Origin: Isurus oxyrinchus
Taxonomy: Eukaryota
Assembly: GCA_026770705.1 (NCBI GenBank)
Contig: JANJGN010000071.1
Coordinates: forward strand, 2,232,001-2,296,000
Direction of reading: 5' to 3'
Length of the DNA: 64,000 bases
The notes beneath the pieces are model-generated. The model was not told the origin of the DNA. It was given only the letters and a program-made list of their open reading frames with translations, and made no database searches. The translations under genes were made by a program, and so were the position numbers. Of this stretch, positions 11,141 to 25,510 are shown piece after piece. Within the stretch, counting starts at the first letter, position 1, and each line of letters begins with the position of its first letter.

Positions 11141-11590
11141 GTAAGTAACGGAACGATTGGAATTCAATTCCACCACCAACACCGTCCTTTGTTGATGTTG
11201 TGACTTTATAAAGACAGATTCCAATGATTGATGCCTTTGGAAGATTTCTACTGATTATTGAGATCTGGGTGTGAGGCTCAAGTCTGTTGTACAGAACATC
11301 TTTCTAGCTCAAGGGATGAGGGCAGAGCAGAGACATGAGCTTTGGGACGTCTTGAGGTGGTGAAAGGTGCTATAGAAATGCAAATCCTTCAATGGTTTTC
11401 TTTCTTAAAGCCTTGTAACTCTCTGCAGAGCACCTATCATCCCACAGGGAATCAAATTAGACTGTCAAGGCATTGTCTAAAAGCAGTTCTGATCTCTCGA
11501 GAGCTGTCGGACAAGAGGTGAGGTCTCATTAACTCCTTTCTCTTTCAGAGTTTGAGAGTCAGAAGCTAATGAAATATCTGGGAGTGGACA

Positions 11591-11630
11591 ATGATCGGGA
11601 AATCTTACTTCCTCCTGTCACTTCTCCAAG
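11591..11630 (+). CDS. Siglec-like gene B signal-peptide exon
   Basis: MIGKSYFLLSLLQ(G)|GTAATA, phase 1; acceptor TTTCAG at 11548; joins V1 in frame (VGLSQEW). Confidence 0.85.
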
Positions 11631-13099
11631 GTAATAACATCGTCAGCTCGGACAGATTCATGGTGAATAGTCTTTGTAAAAGATCATTCTTATTGAGTGT
11701 GATTGGGAACCGATTCAGCAGTGAGCCAGTGTACAAACTGACACCAAGTCCCATTCACCCATCACCCCTGTGCTCACTGATATACACTGACTCCCTGTCT
11801 GACAGTAGAATTGGAGGAGAGCAGAGATCTCAGAGGGTTTTAGGGTTGGAGGAGGTTACACAGATAGAGAGTGTAGAGGGGGGATGGTGGGGTAAGAACT
11901 CGATGATGAGAATTTGAAATTTGAGTCATTGCTGGACTGGGAGTCAGTGTAGTTCAGCCAGTGACAGGGGAGCGATCCGCTTAATAGAGAATCAGGAATA
12001 CCAACTGGGGGATGAGGTCTATCCTGATGCTGGGACTCGGATAACAATGCCCTGAAATTTGTGTCTTTTGCTGATTTTAGTCAGAATTTCCCATGAAGAC
12101 AACACAGCAGCTCCTAGAATAGACAGGCTGTTCAGTGTCACACTTCCTGTCCATTCTCACCTTGCTAGATACTTCAATAAGGGAGCAAGATAACTGAAAG
12201 AGAGAAGGAAGGTAAAGCTGTCTGTGTGTAAAACTGTCAAATATTCTGAGTTATCATGATTGTTTCTGATCTGCTGCAGAGTTTAAAGTTCTCAGAACAT
12301 TAGCACTTTGCAGCTCAGAGAGAGACCATTGACTCACTGCCTGAAAGGGCGGTGGAAGCAGATTCAACAGGAACTTTCAGAAGGGGAACTAGATAAATAC
12401 TTGAAGGGGACATTTTGCAGGGCTGTGGAGGAGAGAGCAGAGGTTAGAGTGGGACTAATTGGACAGATCTTTCAAAGGCCCAGCACAGGCTCGATGGGCC
12501 AAATGGCATCCTTCATTTCCGGATCATTCTACAATCTGATAAATTAAGCCCCACATCAGTAACTCTTCAGGCTCCTGCTGCAGGGATGGATCTTTGAGAA
12601 GGACAGGGAACAAGAGGTTCCTGGTATCATTTTCATATTTCTTGACAATTATATAAGTGTATAGATCTGTTGAATATTTGAGTCTCTAAAGCGTAGAGGT
12701 AATCTGCTGTTATATCGAGATCTTGTGGTGGCAAAATTGTCTGGAGGTTTCTTTAATTACTCACATTGATCTGTGGGATTGTCATTCTTCGATGTTGTCC
12801 CTGGTTTCAATTGACATTACACCCTTGATGCAACTGAGGAGGCTTTAAACTAATATGGCAGGGGATCGGATCCCGAGAGGAGGTTCAACAGAGAGAGATG
12901 CACGGCCAAAATTAGAAGAGAGAGCAAATGAAACTGGAAGGCATAGAAATTATTGACCATTTAAGGCTCAAGATAGTGTGGCAAAGTTGGATTGTATTAA
13001 TCTTAATGCAAGGAGTCTGACAGACTTGCATTCTCCTGCAGGTGTAATGTTGCAGCTCCCTTGAACCTGCCAATATTGTTGAATCTGTCTGCATATTTC

Positions 13100-14806
13100 A
13101 ATGTTATGTCATGAACTGAGCTGATGGGATAGTTTCTGAGACTGGGACAGACATAAATCCATTGGCTTTCGGCCGGACCGGACAATCATGGAAGTGGGTG
13201 GGGCCAGAAAATCCCACCCCTATGGGAACATTTTCAGTTAATTTGATGTGCCCAGAGAGATCAATAAAGACCACAATCCACAATTTATTGGCAAGCCACG
13301 TCAGGATATGTGTGAGAGGTGGAATATCGATCACCGCTCCTAGTCTCGTCGTGTACATCATCGCCATTTCCTGGTTTGTCAGTCACCACATGTATATGTT
13401 CCTGATGGGATAGCGGATGGTCATTCTTATTGCTTGAAGGTTCCCCGTTGTGCAGGGTTTGATTGGATCAGCGCACGGCTCTTTGTAGCTGCATCAGCCT
13501 TTGCTCTCGTGCCCTGCCGCTGTCAATGGCCCTTTCTGCCACAAGCCTTGCAGGATTGGTGGAAAGCTGGGCATTTCCTTGGTGCCTGCAGAAGGCCACA
13601 CCTTCCACACATCTCACTAGGTTTGGATGTTCTAGTGAGTGTGTCAACAATTGATGTTGTACTGAGGACCTGTAAGCTTCGTTGACCTGCGAGGATCACT
13701 TCGTATTTATGTCCATCCTTGAGTAGCTCTTCAATGCTATAGGTTTTGGTCTTATCTAGCAGATCTTTCTGGAAGGCTTCCATGGGAGTGGATGTAATCA
13801 CCAACTCAACAACTCTGTCTGCAGGCTCTGTGTTTGAAATCACAGTGCGTACCCTTTTCTCTACATCGGCTGATGAAGTGGTCTATGGATTGTGTAGGCT
13901 GATGAAATGACATAAACTCTGGTTGATGAATATGGAGTTTCACCTGAATCTGAACCTGTCTTCCAATATCGTCCGTATCTATTGGGGATCCTTTCGCTCT
14001 TCTGCTGTTAATCCTGATGTGCTCAGCCTGTGTAGACCTTCATTCCCAATCGCAAGGTGAATTTTTATGGCTTGCTCGTCTGGTTCAGTCACACCTGAAT
14101 CAGGAAACCAGAGCTCTGTTCGCTGTTTAAACATTCTGAATTCAGATAGTCGGTCAGCTACATCCCAGTTCAAACTGGGGAATTTCGTGGACATTCTGAC
14201 AATATTCCTTTGACCTTCCTTCTCCTACAGGACCTGGGATGAGTGTCGCTTTAGCCCCTTTCGTGTGCTTTTCCGAAGCTCCGCCCACGAAGACGGGTTG
14301 TGGCAGGAACACACCACGGAGTAATGGTGTCTTTGTTTTTTATTCAATTTGCTGTTCAGCAATCTCGAAGCCGCCCGTTATAATCACTAACTTCTCTGGG
14401 CTGATTTTTATAATGGTTTTTGTGTGTTTGACTCTCCCTCGCTCACTATCGATCCAGCCCACACCTTGGTCACTCGCCTTCCCTGACTGAGCTAACCCGC
14501 TGCTGGTCCTGGCGATACACACTGTCCCACTCACTGACCTACAGGCCGTGTGCTGTAATCTCACCACGAGGGATCCGTCTGCTCCCCAGCTCTTTACTTG
14601 AGCTCTTTCCCGTCACTGTGTCTTCAAAGGATTCCTGAGCAGTCAGTACACTGCGATTTCAACCCTCTCTGATGCTGTGTCTCTGTTGTGGTCTGACCAA
14701 AGCGTCGAGGGTCGTCTCATGTCATGTAGCTCGATCTCAGGCTGTTCACCACGTCATACCTGTACTGAATCTTGCTGCCAGAATGTTTGGCCACCGCTGA
14801 TCACCA
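13100..14806 (-). mobile_element. Ty3/Gypsy LTR retrotransposon fragment (PBS, gag with zinc knuckle, degenerate protease)
   Basis: Minus-strand TGGTGATCAGCGG PBS after the LTR end; FPSLNW...FKQR..LWF; CGRCG...CPA...CKACGRKGH. Confidence 0.8.
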
Positions 14807-16291
14807 TGTTGTGTTTTTATAATGATATAAAGGCACCAGCCACTGATACGGAATTGGGTAAATACATTGTGGGTTCAGTTATTTGGAACAAGGACATGAG
14901 AACAGATATACAAGGATAGAAAGCTGGGAGACACCTGCAGCCAAACTGTGTGAGCTGTGTTCTGCTCACAGGCCAAAGTGAAACTTGGACTGGATGGTGT
15001 TATCATCCCAGCTGATGTTACTACTGGGCAAGTCAGATCCCAGGGTGGAGCTCAGCTTGATAGGTCCTAACTTTTATTTTTTATTTAGGAATGTGGAGTG
15101 CGGCTACTGAACAGAGTCACAGGAGTCATCTGATGAACGTCTAACAAAAGAATAAAACATTTATTAAACTAGGAAAGACAAACTATATGACATTACTCAT
15201 TCACCCAGATCTATACCTTTACAGATACATAAGTAGAACACAAGTTACAATAACTATCTTATATTCTCATGTTCACACTAAGTACACAGTCCGTGTAAAC
15301 CAATAGACGACCTGTGGTCAGGGACACAACATTCTGAAGCAAGTGGCAGAGCCCACTTGAAACAAATTCTATGTCTCATCTGTCCCCAGACGCTTGTTGC
15401 ACTGTGAGCCCACCAGTCTCACTGAAAAGCTTCTTTCATATGAGAGTTTCCAATCTCCACTCTCCAAGAACTCACTTTGGAATCTCCTCCAACATGACAC
15501 TTTCACTCAGACACCTTCCACAAGGGTCCACTTTCACTATTTCAAACTCTCCTTCCCATGTTCCTGCCCCCTGGATCGCCACGTGCATTCAGCCTTCCTT
15601 CCACGCCCTGTCTCTCCAATGCTCAGCCGTGTCAATGGAACACCATGGCTTCACATGGCCGTAGTAATGAGTCACCAACCTGTGGTGTCTCCTAGGATCT
15701 TCTGGCTTCTCACAAGCCTATTTTGCTTTAGGCCTGTGTCCTGCTGCTTTCTCCCTTTATGCTTGAAGCCTTCTTCTGCTCCTCACTCTTAACTTCACTT
15801 AACAGGGCCTTTTCCAGATTTGACTAGAAGGTTTTCTTGGGCCCTTTCTCCTGTTCCACTCGATGGTTTTGGCTTCTTCTTTACTTTGGGACTGACTATC
15901 TGTCCCGCTCCTTTGCTGCTTCTCCTGGCAACTCCTTTCAACAGGACTGAAAGTACTTTTCTGTTTTTCTCGGTCTCTGTGGGTCCTTCCCTCTGGATCA
16001 CTGTTGCTAGGCAACAGCACAGTTTATTCTACATTGTGTTTGTTTTGACTTCCCTTCAACAGTCATAAAACCTCAATGGAATGCTGGCTTCTTTTTAACT
16101 CAAGTTCCCCCTTTTCTCAACACCCAAATACAGAAATACAAACTAAACTTGAACTTAAAGATAGACCTTTTGCCTAACACACACAAATACACATAGAACT
16201 TACTTAAGCGAACACCAGTTCCTAAAAATCACATGACAAACGTCCCCTCGAGTGATGTCATGCTGCTGTCCCTGAAAGGCATATTACAACA
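14807..16291 (-). mobile_element. 5' LTR (TGTTG...CAACA) probably interrupted by a nested ~1.2-kb LTR-like insert (~14998-16238)
   Basis: Inverted termini adjacent to the PBS; internal segment begins TGTTATC; boundaries approximate, no TSD recognised. Confidence 0.5.
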
Positions 16292-16911
16292 GTGTTATCA
16301 CTTGGCAGGTGATGTGTGCCAGGCAGACCAAGTCCCTGAGAGAAACCTGGTCACACTATCATAATGATTTTGCAATTTGTATTTATTATGAGATGTGTGC
16401 ACTTAATTCAGAAGCACTAACTCCACCAATACCTTCAGAGATTTAAAACAATAAATTAACATATTTGTCATCAAAATAAAGGATTTCAAGCACATACGTA
16501 ACTACAAGACTGCTATCATAACTCCTAAAATTCCTAATTAACCTGACTCCCAGTTACAGTCCCTTTAAGGCAACAGACCAAAAATAGATGTTAGATTTAA
16601 TAAAAATCAGCAAGTTAACCCAATGCCCCGGACAGTGGAATTCCAAATGCATTGTCCCAACTTCAGTTCTGTTGGAGAACAGGCTTCTGCACAAACAGGG
16701 TCCTGAGGACCATGAACCAATGTAGAATGAACTTTTCCGCTTTTGTGTCCAGGATTCTCTTCCATCTGGTGTGATACCTTGTGGAGTTCATTGTGTGTCC
16801 TGTAGATGGTCCACACTGCAGCCACTGTGCCCGAGTGATGGAGGGGGTGGATATCGAGTCTAGTGGATCAACAAAACATCCAGAGTTAAATATTGATATT
16901 TCTCTCCCCAG

Positions 16912-17289
16912 TTGGATTGTCACAAGAGTGGAAAGGTGACACTCCACGAGAGGTGACAGCGCAGGAAGGTTCGTGTGTACAGATTCCATGTCATTACAGT
17001 TATCCATCAGATTTGGTAAAGAAACCACAGGTCGGAATCTGGAAAATGAGAAGATACATACAGAACAAATGGTCTAAATGGTCTATAGCCTTTCACTCCA
17101 AGGGTCACAGTCGCGAGTTATCACAGTTCCACCATCGGACCCGGCTGTCTGGAGACCTGAAAGATGGCGACTGTTCCCTGATTATAAACAACATCAGACG
17201 GGAAGATGCAGGACCTTATTTTTTCACGATAAAATTTGGCAATGGTCCGAGCCATAACGTTTCCCCTGAAACCCAGCTTCACGTTTCTG
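16912..17289 (+). CDS. Gene B V-set exon 1 (essential Arg replaced by Thr)
   Basis: 378 nt open, AG/GTAAGT, phase 1-1; ...PYFFTIKFGNGPSHNVSPETQL. Confidence 0.92.
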
Positions 17290-17519
17290 GTAAGTTCTGT
17301 GTTATAATTACTCACCAATTCACATCCAACACTCAATGGGAAATAATAGTGTTTGATTTGCTTGTTTTTTGGCTGTGTTAACCAGCGTCACTATTTTTAA
17401 TGATTTGTCTATTTCTGCTCCCAGATCCATGAGCTTATTGTGTGTGATTGAATCCACATTATAGCTGTAACGTAAACCGAGCTGAGGGGTGATGACACCT
17501 CCCCCCTGAGTGAAGTGTC

Positions 17520-19515
17520 TCCTCCCCACTACACCTTCCACCCCTCACACTGTCCGTGTAAACCCCCGTCCCATCTCCAGCCTCTCTTTCCCCTCCAAAG
17601 TCCTTGAACGTGTTTCCATCTCCCGAATCCGGTTCCATCTTTCCCGGAACTCCATGTTTGAATCCCTCCAATCAGGTTCCCACCCCAGCCACTGTGCTGA
17701 AACAGCTCTTATCAAGGTCACAAATGGCATCCTGTGTGACTGTGACAAAGGTCAACTTTCCCTCCTCGTCCTTCTCGATCTGTCTGCAGCCTTTGACACG
17801 CTCGACCACACCATCCTCCTCCAACCCCTCTCCACTGTCGTCCAGCTGGGTGGGACTGCTCTCCCCTGGATGCATTCTTATCCATCTCATCGTAGCCAGA
17901 GAATCACTTGCAATGGCTTTGCAGCATCATCTGAACAGTATTAGTTTTCACCTGTCCACTGAGGATCCCCAGCTCTACCTCACCACCACCTCTCTCGACT
18001 CCTCCACTGCTGCTAAATTATCGGGCTGCTTATCCGACATCCAGTACTGGATGGGCAGAAATTCCCTCCAATTAAATATTGGAAAGACTGAAGCCATTGT
18101 CTTCATTCCCCGCTCCAAACTCTGTTCCCTCGCTACCAACTCCATTCCTCTCCCTGGCAGCTCTCTGAGATTGAAGCCAATCTGTTCACAGCTTTGTTGT
18201 CCCATTTGATCCTGAGATGAGCTTCCGGCCTCATATCTGCGCCCTCACTAACACCGTCTATTTCCACCTCCATAACGTCGTACGACTTCACCCTGTCTCA
18301 GCTCATCTGCTGCTGAAACCCTCATCCACGCCTTCATTACCTCCAGACTCGACTGTTCCAACACATGCTCTACACTCCATAAACTTGAGGCCATCCAAAA
18401 CTGCTGACCACGTCCTTACTCACACCAAGTCCCGTTCCCTTATCACCCGCTCTGCTCGATGACCGAGACTGGCTCCTGGTCAAGCAAAGTCTCAATGTCC
18501 AAATTTTTGAATATTTTTCCTCCCTATTACAGTAATCTCCTCCTTTATCTTCATCCACGGCAACATTCCCTATCGCAGGAGCCTCCTCCAGTCCCTACAA
18601 CCCTCTCTATCTCAGGAGCCTCCTCCAGTCCCTACAACCCTCCCTATCTCAGGAGCCTCCTCCAGTCCCTACAACCCTCCCTATCTCAGGAGACTCCTCC
18701 AGTCCCTACAACCCTCCTATCTCAGTACTCTCTTCCAATCCCGAAAACCATTCCTATCACTGCAAACTCCTCCGGACCCAACACCCCTCCCTATCTCTTT
18801 AACCTCCTCAAGCCCCGATAACCCTCGCGATATTTGTAGCCTCCTCCAGTCCTAACAACCTCCCCTATCTCTGCAACCTCCTCCAGACCGAATACCTCTC
18901 CCTATCTCTGTAAGCTGGTCCATCTCTTACAACCCTTCATATTTCTGTAACCTCCTCCAGCCCACTACAACCCTCCCTATCTCTGTAACCTCCTCCAGTC
19001 CCTAAGAGTTTCCTTCATCTCTGTAACTCCTCCAGCCATTATAACCCTCCCTATCTCTGTAGCCTCCCTCAGCCCCAGCCACACTCCATATCTATGTAAC
19101 CTCGTCCTGCCCCTACAACCCTCCCTATCTCTGTAACCCCATCCTGCCCCAAAAACTCCCCCATCTCTGTAAACTCCTCCAGTCCCTGCAACCTTCCCTA
19201 CCTCTGAAACCTCCACCAGCCTTTCCAACCCTCCCTACCTCTGCAATCCGTCCAGCCCCTACAACTCTTCCTATCCCTGTAAACTCCTCCTGCCCCTAAA
19301 ACCCTCTCTGCCCTTGCAGCCTCCTCCAGTCCCTACACGTTCCCCATCGCCATAAACTCCTCAAATCCCTATAGCCCTCCCTATCTCTGCAACCTCCTCC
19401 AGGTCCTACCACCCTCCCTATCTGCGTAATGTCCTCCAGTATCTACAGCCCTCCCTATCTCTGTTACCTCCTCCAGCCCCCACAAACCTCCCTATCTGTG
19501 TAACCTCCTCCAGCC
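17520..19515 (+). mobile_element. L2 LINE fragment (duplicate) plus expanded minisatellite
   Basis: Same RT motifs as 2090-3060; CTCCAGCCCCTACAACCCTCCCTATCTCTGTAACCTC-type repeats. Confidence 0.82.
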
Positions 19516-20485
19516 CCAGATGGAAGGTGGGTCGAGCGGGTCAGTCACTTGCATGTTTATTCTGCAGCTTTAATATTTTAAGAAGGTAAGAATGTAGGAA
19601 CATAAGAAATAGGGACAGGAGCAGGCCATTCGGCCCCTCGAGCCTGCTCTCACTGATCTGGTGGTGTCCTTAACTCCATTTTCCTGCCTGTCCCCCAAAC
19701 CCTTGACTCCCTTGTCGATCAAAAACCTGCCTCACTCAGCCTTGAGTCTATTCAATGGCCCAGCCTCCACTGCTCTCTGGGGAAGAGAATTCCACAGGCT
19801 AGCGCCCCTCTGAGAGAGGAAATTCCTCCTCATCTCAGTCTTAGATGGGAGAGCCCTCATTCCGAAACTGTGCTCCCTGGTTCTAGATTCCCCCACGAGG
19901 GGGAAACATCCTCCCAGCATCCACCCTGTCAAGCCCCCTCGGAATCGGATATGTTTCAATAAGGTCACCCCTCATTCTTCTAAACTCCAATGGATACAGG
20001 CCCAACCTGCTCAACATTTCCTCACAGGACAAACCCTTTAATCCCAGGAATCAGCCCAGTGAACCTCCTCTGAACTGCCTCCAATGCAACTCTATCCCTC
20101 CCTAAGTAAGGAGACCAGAACTGTACACACTGCTCCTGATACAATCTCACCAACGCCCTGTGCAGCTGCTGCAAGACTTCCCTCCTTTTATACCCCATCC
20201 CTTTGCAATAAAGGCCAACATTCCACTTGCCTTCCTCATTCCGTGGTGTTCCTGAATGCTGACTTTCTGTGATTCATGTACAAGGACACCCAGATCCCTC
20301 TGTACTGCATTCTGCAGCCTGTCTCCATTTAAATAATATCCTGTTTTTCTATTCTTCCTGCCAAAATAATTTGTTGCCATTCTCCTCAGTATTGACCATC
20401 CCCCCAATTCAGCCTCATCTGTAAATTTTGAGTCTAGTGGATCCACAAACCATCCAGAGTTAAATATTGAGATTTCTCTCCCCAG

Positions 20486-20854
20486 CTGAACCCTCACAAG
20501 AGTGGAAAGGTGACACTCCACGAGAGGTGACAGCTCAGGAAGGATCGTGTGTACAGATTCCATGTCATTACAGTAATCCATCGTGTCTGGAAAACCAACC
20601 GCGAGGTGGAGTCTGGTTTAATAATGAGAAACAGATTCCCTGGGCTCCCATTGCCTTTCACTCCAAGGATCACAGTCACGAGTTACCACGGTTTCACCAT
20701 CGGACCCGGCTGTCTGGAGACCTGAAAGATGGCGACTGTTCCCTGATTATAAACAACATCAGACGGGAAAATGCAGGACCTTATTTTTTCAGAATAGAAT
20801 TTGACAATGGTCCGAGCCATAACTATTACCCTGTAACCCAGCTTCACGTTTCTG
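20486..20854 (+). CDS. Gene B V-set exon 2 (Arg retained)
   Basis: 369 nt open, AG/GTAAGT; ...PYFFRIEFDNGPSHNYYPV. Confidence 0.92.
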
Positions 20855-21665
20855 GTAAGTGCTGTGTTATAATTACTCACCAATTCACATTCAACACTCA
20901 ATGGGAAATAACACAAACTGTGACGTTTACATATTAACACAAAACACAGCTTATTATAAAAGACTGTCTGATTCTCAATAACCTGGTGATAGCTTCCAGT
21001 TCAGTCCTAAAACAACCTCTAATACTCACTTTAATATCAATGATTAAATGTATTGACTGTGTCCATCAATGTTATCAGGTTATCCACTTACATCAATCTC
21101 CCTAATCCTGTTTAAAATTCTTACATATCAACAAAAGAAAGATTTGCATTTCTATAGCGCCTTTCACCACCTCTGGACGTCGCAAATGGATTCACAACCA
21201 TTGAAATAATTCTTGAAATGTAGCCCTTGTTGTAATATAGGAAACACAGCAGCCAATATGTGCACAGGAAGCTCCCAGAAACAGCAATGTGATCAATAAC
21301 CTGTCATCTGCTTTAGATGCCGGTTCAGTGATTGGTTCAAATGGATTCTCTCCTGCTGGGAACTGGATAGAATTTAAATTGGCAGATTTCGGAGAAAGTA
21401 ACAAGCCAGTGTGTCAGGAACTGTGAGCTGCTCCCCCGCCCTCACCCGGGATTGTCAATTCAATTGTCTCAAAGTGGAAGTGAATTCATCTGAGTGACAG
21501 AAACTCCACTAAGTCTGAAAATAGGAAAGTCTCTCCTGATCGTTGTAACCTCTCAGTTCTGATATCATCCTTGTAAAAGTGCTTTTTCTTGTGGGACTGT
21601 GATTTCTATTTGAACTGATGCTTCACGTTATATTTCTCTAAAAGGATCCATTCTCTGTCTGTTAG

Positions 21666-21962
21666 ATTTCACAGATAAACCCACGATATTCCCTGCTGAA
21701 ATTATTGCAGGAAAGCGTGTGGATGTAAGCTGCACCTTCAACACAACGTGCAATGGAACAGCAGCACCTGTCTTAACCTGGGACACTCCCACTGACGTAC
21801 CTGGATCCGTTTCAAACACTGTAACTCAGCATGGTGTCACTCTGACCTATACTTCTGTTCTGACCCTGATCCCATCACTCAAACACCACGGACACAATCT
21901 CAGCTGCAGAGTTAGATATCCATCCGTTTCATCGGAGCGGACCCTCGTATTAACTGTACAAG
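21666..21962 (+). CDS. Gene B C2-set exon 1 (Siglec domain-2 type)
   Basis: 297 nt; DFTDKPTIFPAEIIAGKRVDVSCTFNTTCNGTAAPVLTW...LSCRV; carries the BC-loop Cys used for the Siglec V-C2 interdomain disulfide. Confidence 0.92.
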
Positions 21963-22329
21963 GTAAGTACTGAAACCCTTGATTCTATATTAGCTGTAAT
22001 AGGTTACAATGTGCAGAGCAAGATCCCACAAACATCACTGGGTTGAAGACAAAACAGGTCCTTTTTTATTAGTGATATTGACCAGGGAGAGCTCTTCCTG
22101 TATTGAGCCTTGGGATTGTTTGTGCCTACCTGATAGGGCAGAGGGGGCCAAGGTTGAACTTAAAAGACAATATAGGATAATATAAATATTGTCTTCATTG
22201 ATGTCAAAGATTTTGGGGGAGTTGTAGTATAAAAGTTTAATATTAGCAATGTAAATAGATAGTATTTATCATTAATTACTCAAGGTTACATGAGAATAGA
22301 ACACGGAGAGAGATAGTTCTATAGATACC

Positions 22330-24400
22330 TAGGTACATAGAAACTAGGAGCAGGATTAGGACATTCAGCCCTTCAAGCCTTCTCCGCCATTCAATATGAT
22401 CAAGGCTGACCCTCTATCTCAAAGCCTTATTCCTGCTTTCTCTCCGTACCCTTTGATGCCCCTAATATCAAAATATTTATCAGTTTCTTTCTTGAATACA
22501 CTCAGTGACCCGGCCTCCACAGCCTCTGTGATGGAGAATTCCACAGATTGACCACCCTCTGAGTGAAGAAATGTTTCCCTATCTCAGTCCAAAATGGCCT
22601 GCCCTGTATCCTGAGATTGTGGCCCTTGGTTTTAGACTCCCCAACCAAGGGATGCATCCTCCCTCCATCCAGTCTGTCTATCTCTGTTAGAATTTCTTAC
22701 GTTTATTCAGGTCTCCTATCATTCTTCTAAACTCTAGTGAATACAGACCCAGTCGTACCAATTCTCCTCATACGACAGTCCTGCCGCCCCTGGTATCAGC
22801 CTAGAGAACCTTCTCTGCGCTCTCTCGACGGCAAGTCTATCCTTTTTTAGGGAGGGAGACCAAAACGGCACGTAGTACCCCATGTGCAGTCTCACCAAGA
22901 CCTTGTATAACTGCAGTAAGACATCCCTACTCCTGAACACGAATCCTCTTGCAATGAAGGACAACATACCATTTGCCTTCCGAATTACTTGCTGCACCTG
23001 CCTGTTTACTTTCATTGGCTAGTGCACAAGGACACCCAGATCCCTTTATACATCCACATTTCCCATTATATCACCATTTAAATAATACTCTGCCTTTCTG
23101 TTTTTCACACCAAAGCCTACAATGTCACATTCATCCACATCATCTGCCATGTGTTTGCCCACACACACAACTTGTCTAAATCGCCTTGAAGCCTCTTTGC
23201 ATCCTCCTCACAGCTCACACCCTTACCCAGCGTTGTGTCATCAGAAAACCTGGAAATATTGCACTTGGCTCCTTCACCCAAGTCATTTAAATATATCGTG
23301 AATAGTTAGGTCCCAAGCACGGATCGCTGTGGTACACCACTAGTCACCGCCTGCCACTCAGATAAAGACTAATTTATTCTGACCCTCTGTTTCCTGTCTG
23401 TCGACCAATTCTCAATCCATGCCAGTAAATTACCCGCAATCCCATGGGCTTTAATGTTGCGCACTAGCCTCATGTAGGACCTTATCAAAAGCCTTCTTGA
23501 AGTCTAAATACACCACATCCACTGGTTATCCCTTATCTATTCTACTCGTTACATCTTCAAAATCTCCAATAGATTAGTTAACCATGATTTTCCTTTCATT
23601 AACCCATGCTGATTTTGTCGAATCCCATTAAAGCTTTCCAAGCATTCCATTAGCACACCTTATATAATAGGCTCTAGCGTTTTCCCCATGTTAGACTAAC
23701 TGATCTGTAATTCCCAGTTTTTTTCTCTCCCTTCTATTTTAAATAGTGGAGTTACAATTGCCACTCTCCAATCTATAGGAACTGCTCCAGAGCCTATAGA
23801 ATTTTGGAGGATGACCACCAGTGCTTCCAATATTTCCAGGGTCACTTCCGTTAGTCTCTGGGATGTAGATTTTCAGGCCCTGGGGACTGTTCAACCTTTA
23901 ACCCATTAATCTCTCCAGATTCATTTTTTAAAACTAATCCTGATTATCTTCAATTCCTCCCTCTCACTAGACACTTGGTTCCCTAACATTCCTGGGAAAT
24001 TATTTGTGTCCTCTTTTGTGAAGACAGAACCAAAATATATGTTCAGTTCTTCTGCCATTTCTTTGTTTCTCATTAGAATTTCCCCCATTTCTGACTGCAA
24101 GGAACCTACATCGGTCACTGCTAATCTTTCTCTCTTCACATATTTATAGAAGCTTTTACAGTCGGTTTTTACGTTCCCTGCAAGTTTACTCCCATGTTCC
24201 ATTTTCCCCTTCTTGATCAATCTTTTTGTCCACTTTTGCTGAATTCTAAACTGCTCCCAATCCTCAGCATTGCTGCTTCCCCTGGCAATTTTATGTCTCC
24301 TCTCTGGATCTAATACTATCCCTAATTTCTTTTGTAAGCCCTGGTTGAGCACCATTTCCTGACTTATTTTTACGCCAGACAGAAATGGATACTTGTTGTA
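22330..24400 (-). mobile_element. CR1 LINE ORF2 fragment
   Basis: KLAGNVKTDCKSFYKYVKR...MAEELNIYFGSVFTKED; KANGMLSFIARG...LYKVLVR. Confidence 0.88.
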
Positions 24401-24519
24401 GCAAATGCTTCAGCCTTATCTTTTGCCCTGATGTTCTGGGCTCCCCCTTCATTGAGGATGGGGATATTTGTGGATTCCCCTCCTCCAGTGAGTTAATTGT
24501 CCGTTACCATTGGATACGA

Positions 24520-25510
24520 GCATTAGTGGACTGTATTAGACCATTATCGAAAATGAAAGCCGGACTCCAGTATGGCCTCACTATGATGGATATGACAACT
24601 CGATTTCCAGAGACCATCCCTTTAGGAACAATTACAGCTAAAGTAGTAATAGGGAAGTTAACCCAATTTTTTACCCATTATGGATTACCGCTGGAGATCC
24701 AGTCAGATCAAGGTTCCATCTCTATGTCTTAAAATTTTCCGAACATAATGAGTAATTTGGGTATAAAACAGTTAAAGTCCGCAGCATATCATCCATAGAC
24801 ACAGGGCTCTTTAGAGAGGGACCAACAAACCCTCAAAACAATGATTGAAGCTATTGTCATGAACTCCCCATGACTGGGACAAAGGACTGGATTTTCTTGT
24901 ATTTCCCACACGAGATTCACCAACTGAATCGGCAGGTTTTAGTCTTTTTGGAATAACTTATGGACACGAGATAAGAGGCTGTCTGAAATACATCAAAGAA
25001 AGATATTCCGGACAGAGGGATGAATCCTCTATTTCAGATGATGTGTCCACGTTTCAGGAACGGCTCATGGGAGCCTCCAAAGCGGCACAAGAACATCTTA
25101 TAGTTTCTCAAACAGAAATGAAGGAATGGGGCAGACAGGCAAGCTGTGACCCGAACATCTCAACCAGGGGGATGACGTGTTAGTATCATTGCCTTGGCAG
25201 GGGGAGCCTCTGAAAGCACGGTTCAGTGGTCCCTACAAGGTAATTAGGAGGGTTGGTCAAGTAAATTATTTGATAGAAACCCCAGATTGTAGAATAAAGA
25301 ATCGGCTGTGACACATCAATATGTTAAAACGATACCATCGTATGGAGGGAGGTAAAAAGGAGCAGGTATTTCATTTCCAACCAGATTCTGCATACATTAC
25401 AGAAAGGTTAATGCAGCAATAAAACCAGATTCCTACCCAATCCCCTGTTTAGAAGATGGTATTGACGAGGTTGGCAGTGCCATGTTCCTTACTGAGATAA
25501 ATTTGTTGGT
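24520..25510 (+). mobile_element. Gypsy integrase + RT fragments
   Basis: VDCIRPLSK...MDMTTRFPETIPL...IQSDQGS; AYHP.TQG.LER; downstream YRKVNA..KPDSYPIP. Confidence 0.85.

Larger units (their letters stand above)
15457..21990 (+). repeat. Segmental duplication copy 2
   Basis: As copy 1, but lacks the ~3360-4185 segment and has an expanded 37-bp minisatellite at ~18560-19515. Confidence 0.92.

Noticed and set aside
1476-20854. Four similar V exons as rearranging antigen-receptor (Ig/TCR/IgNAR) V segments
   Set aside because: Each exon includes its G strand and ends in a GTAAGT donor with no heptamer-nonamer RSS; the Cys pattern is Siglec type (no YYC).
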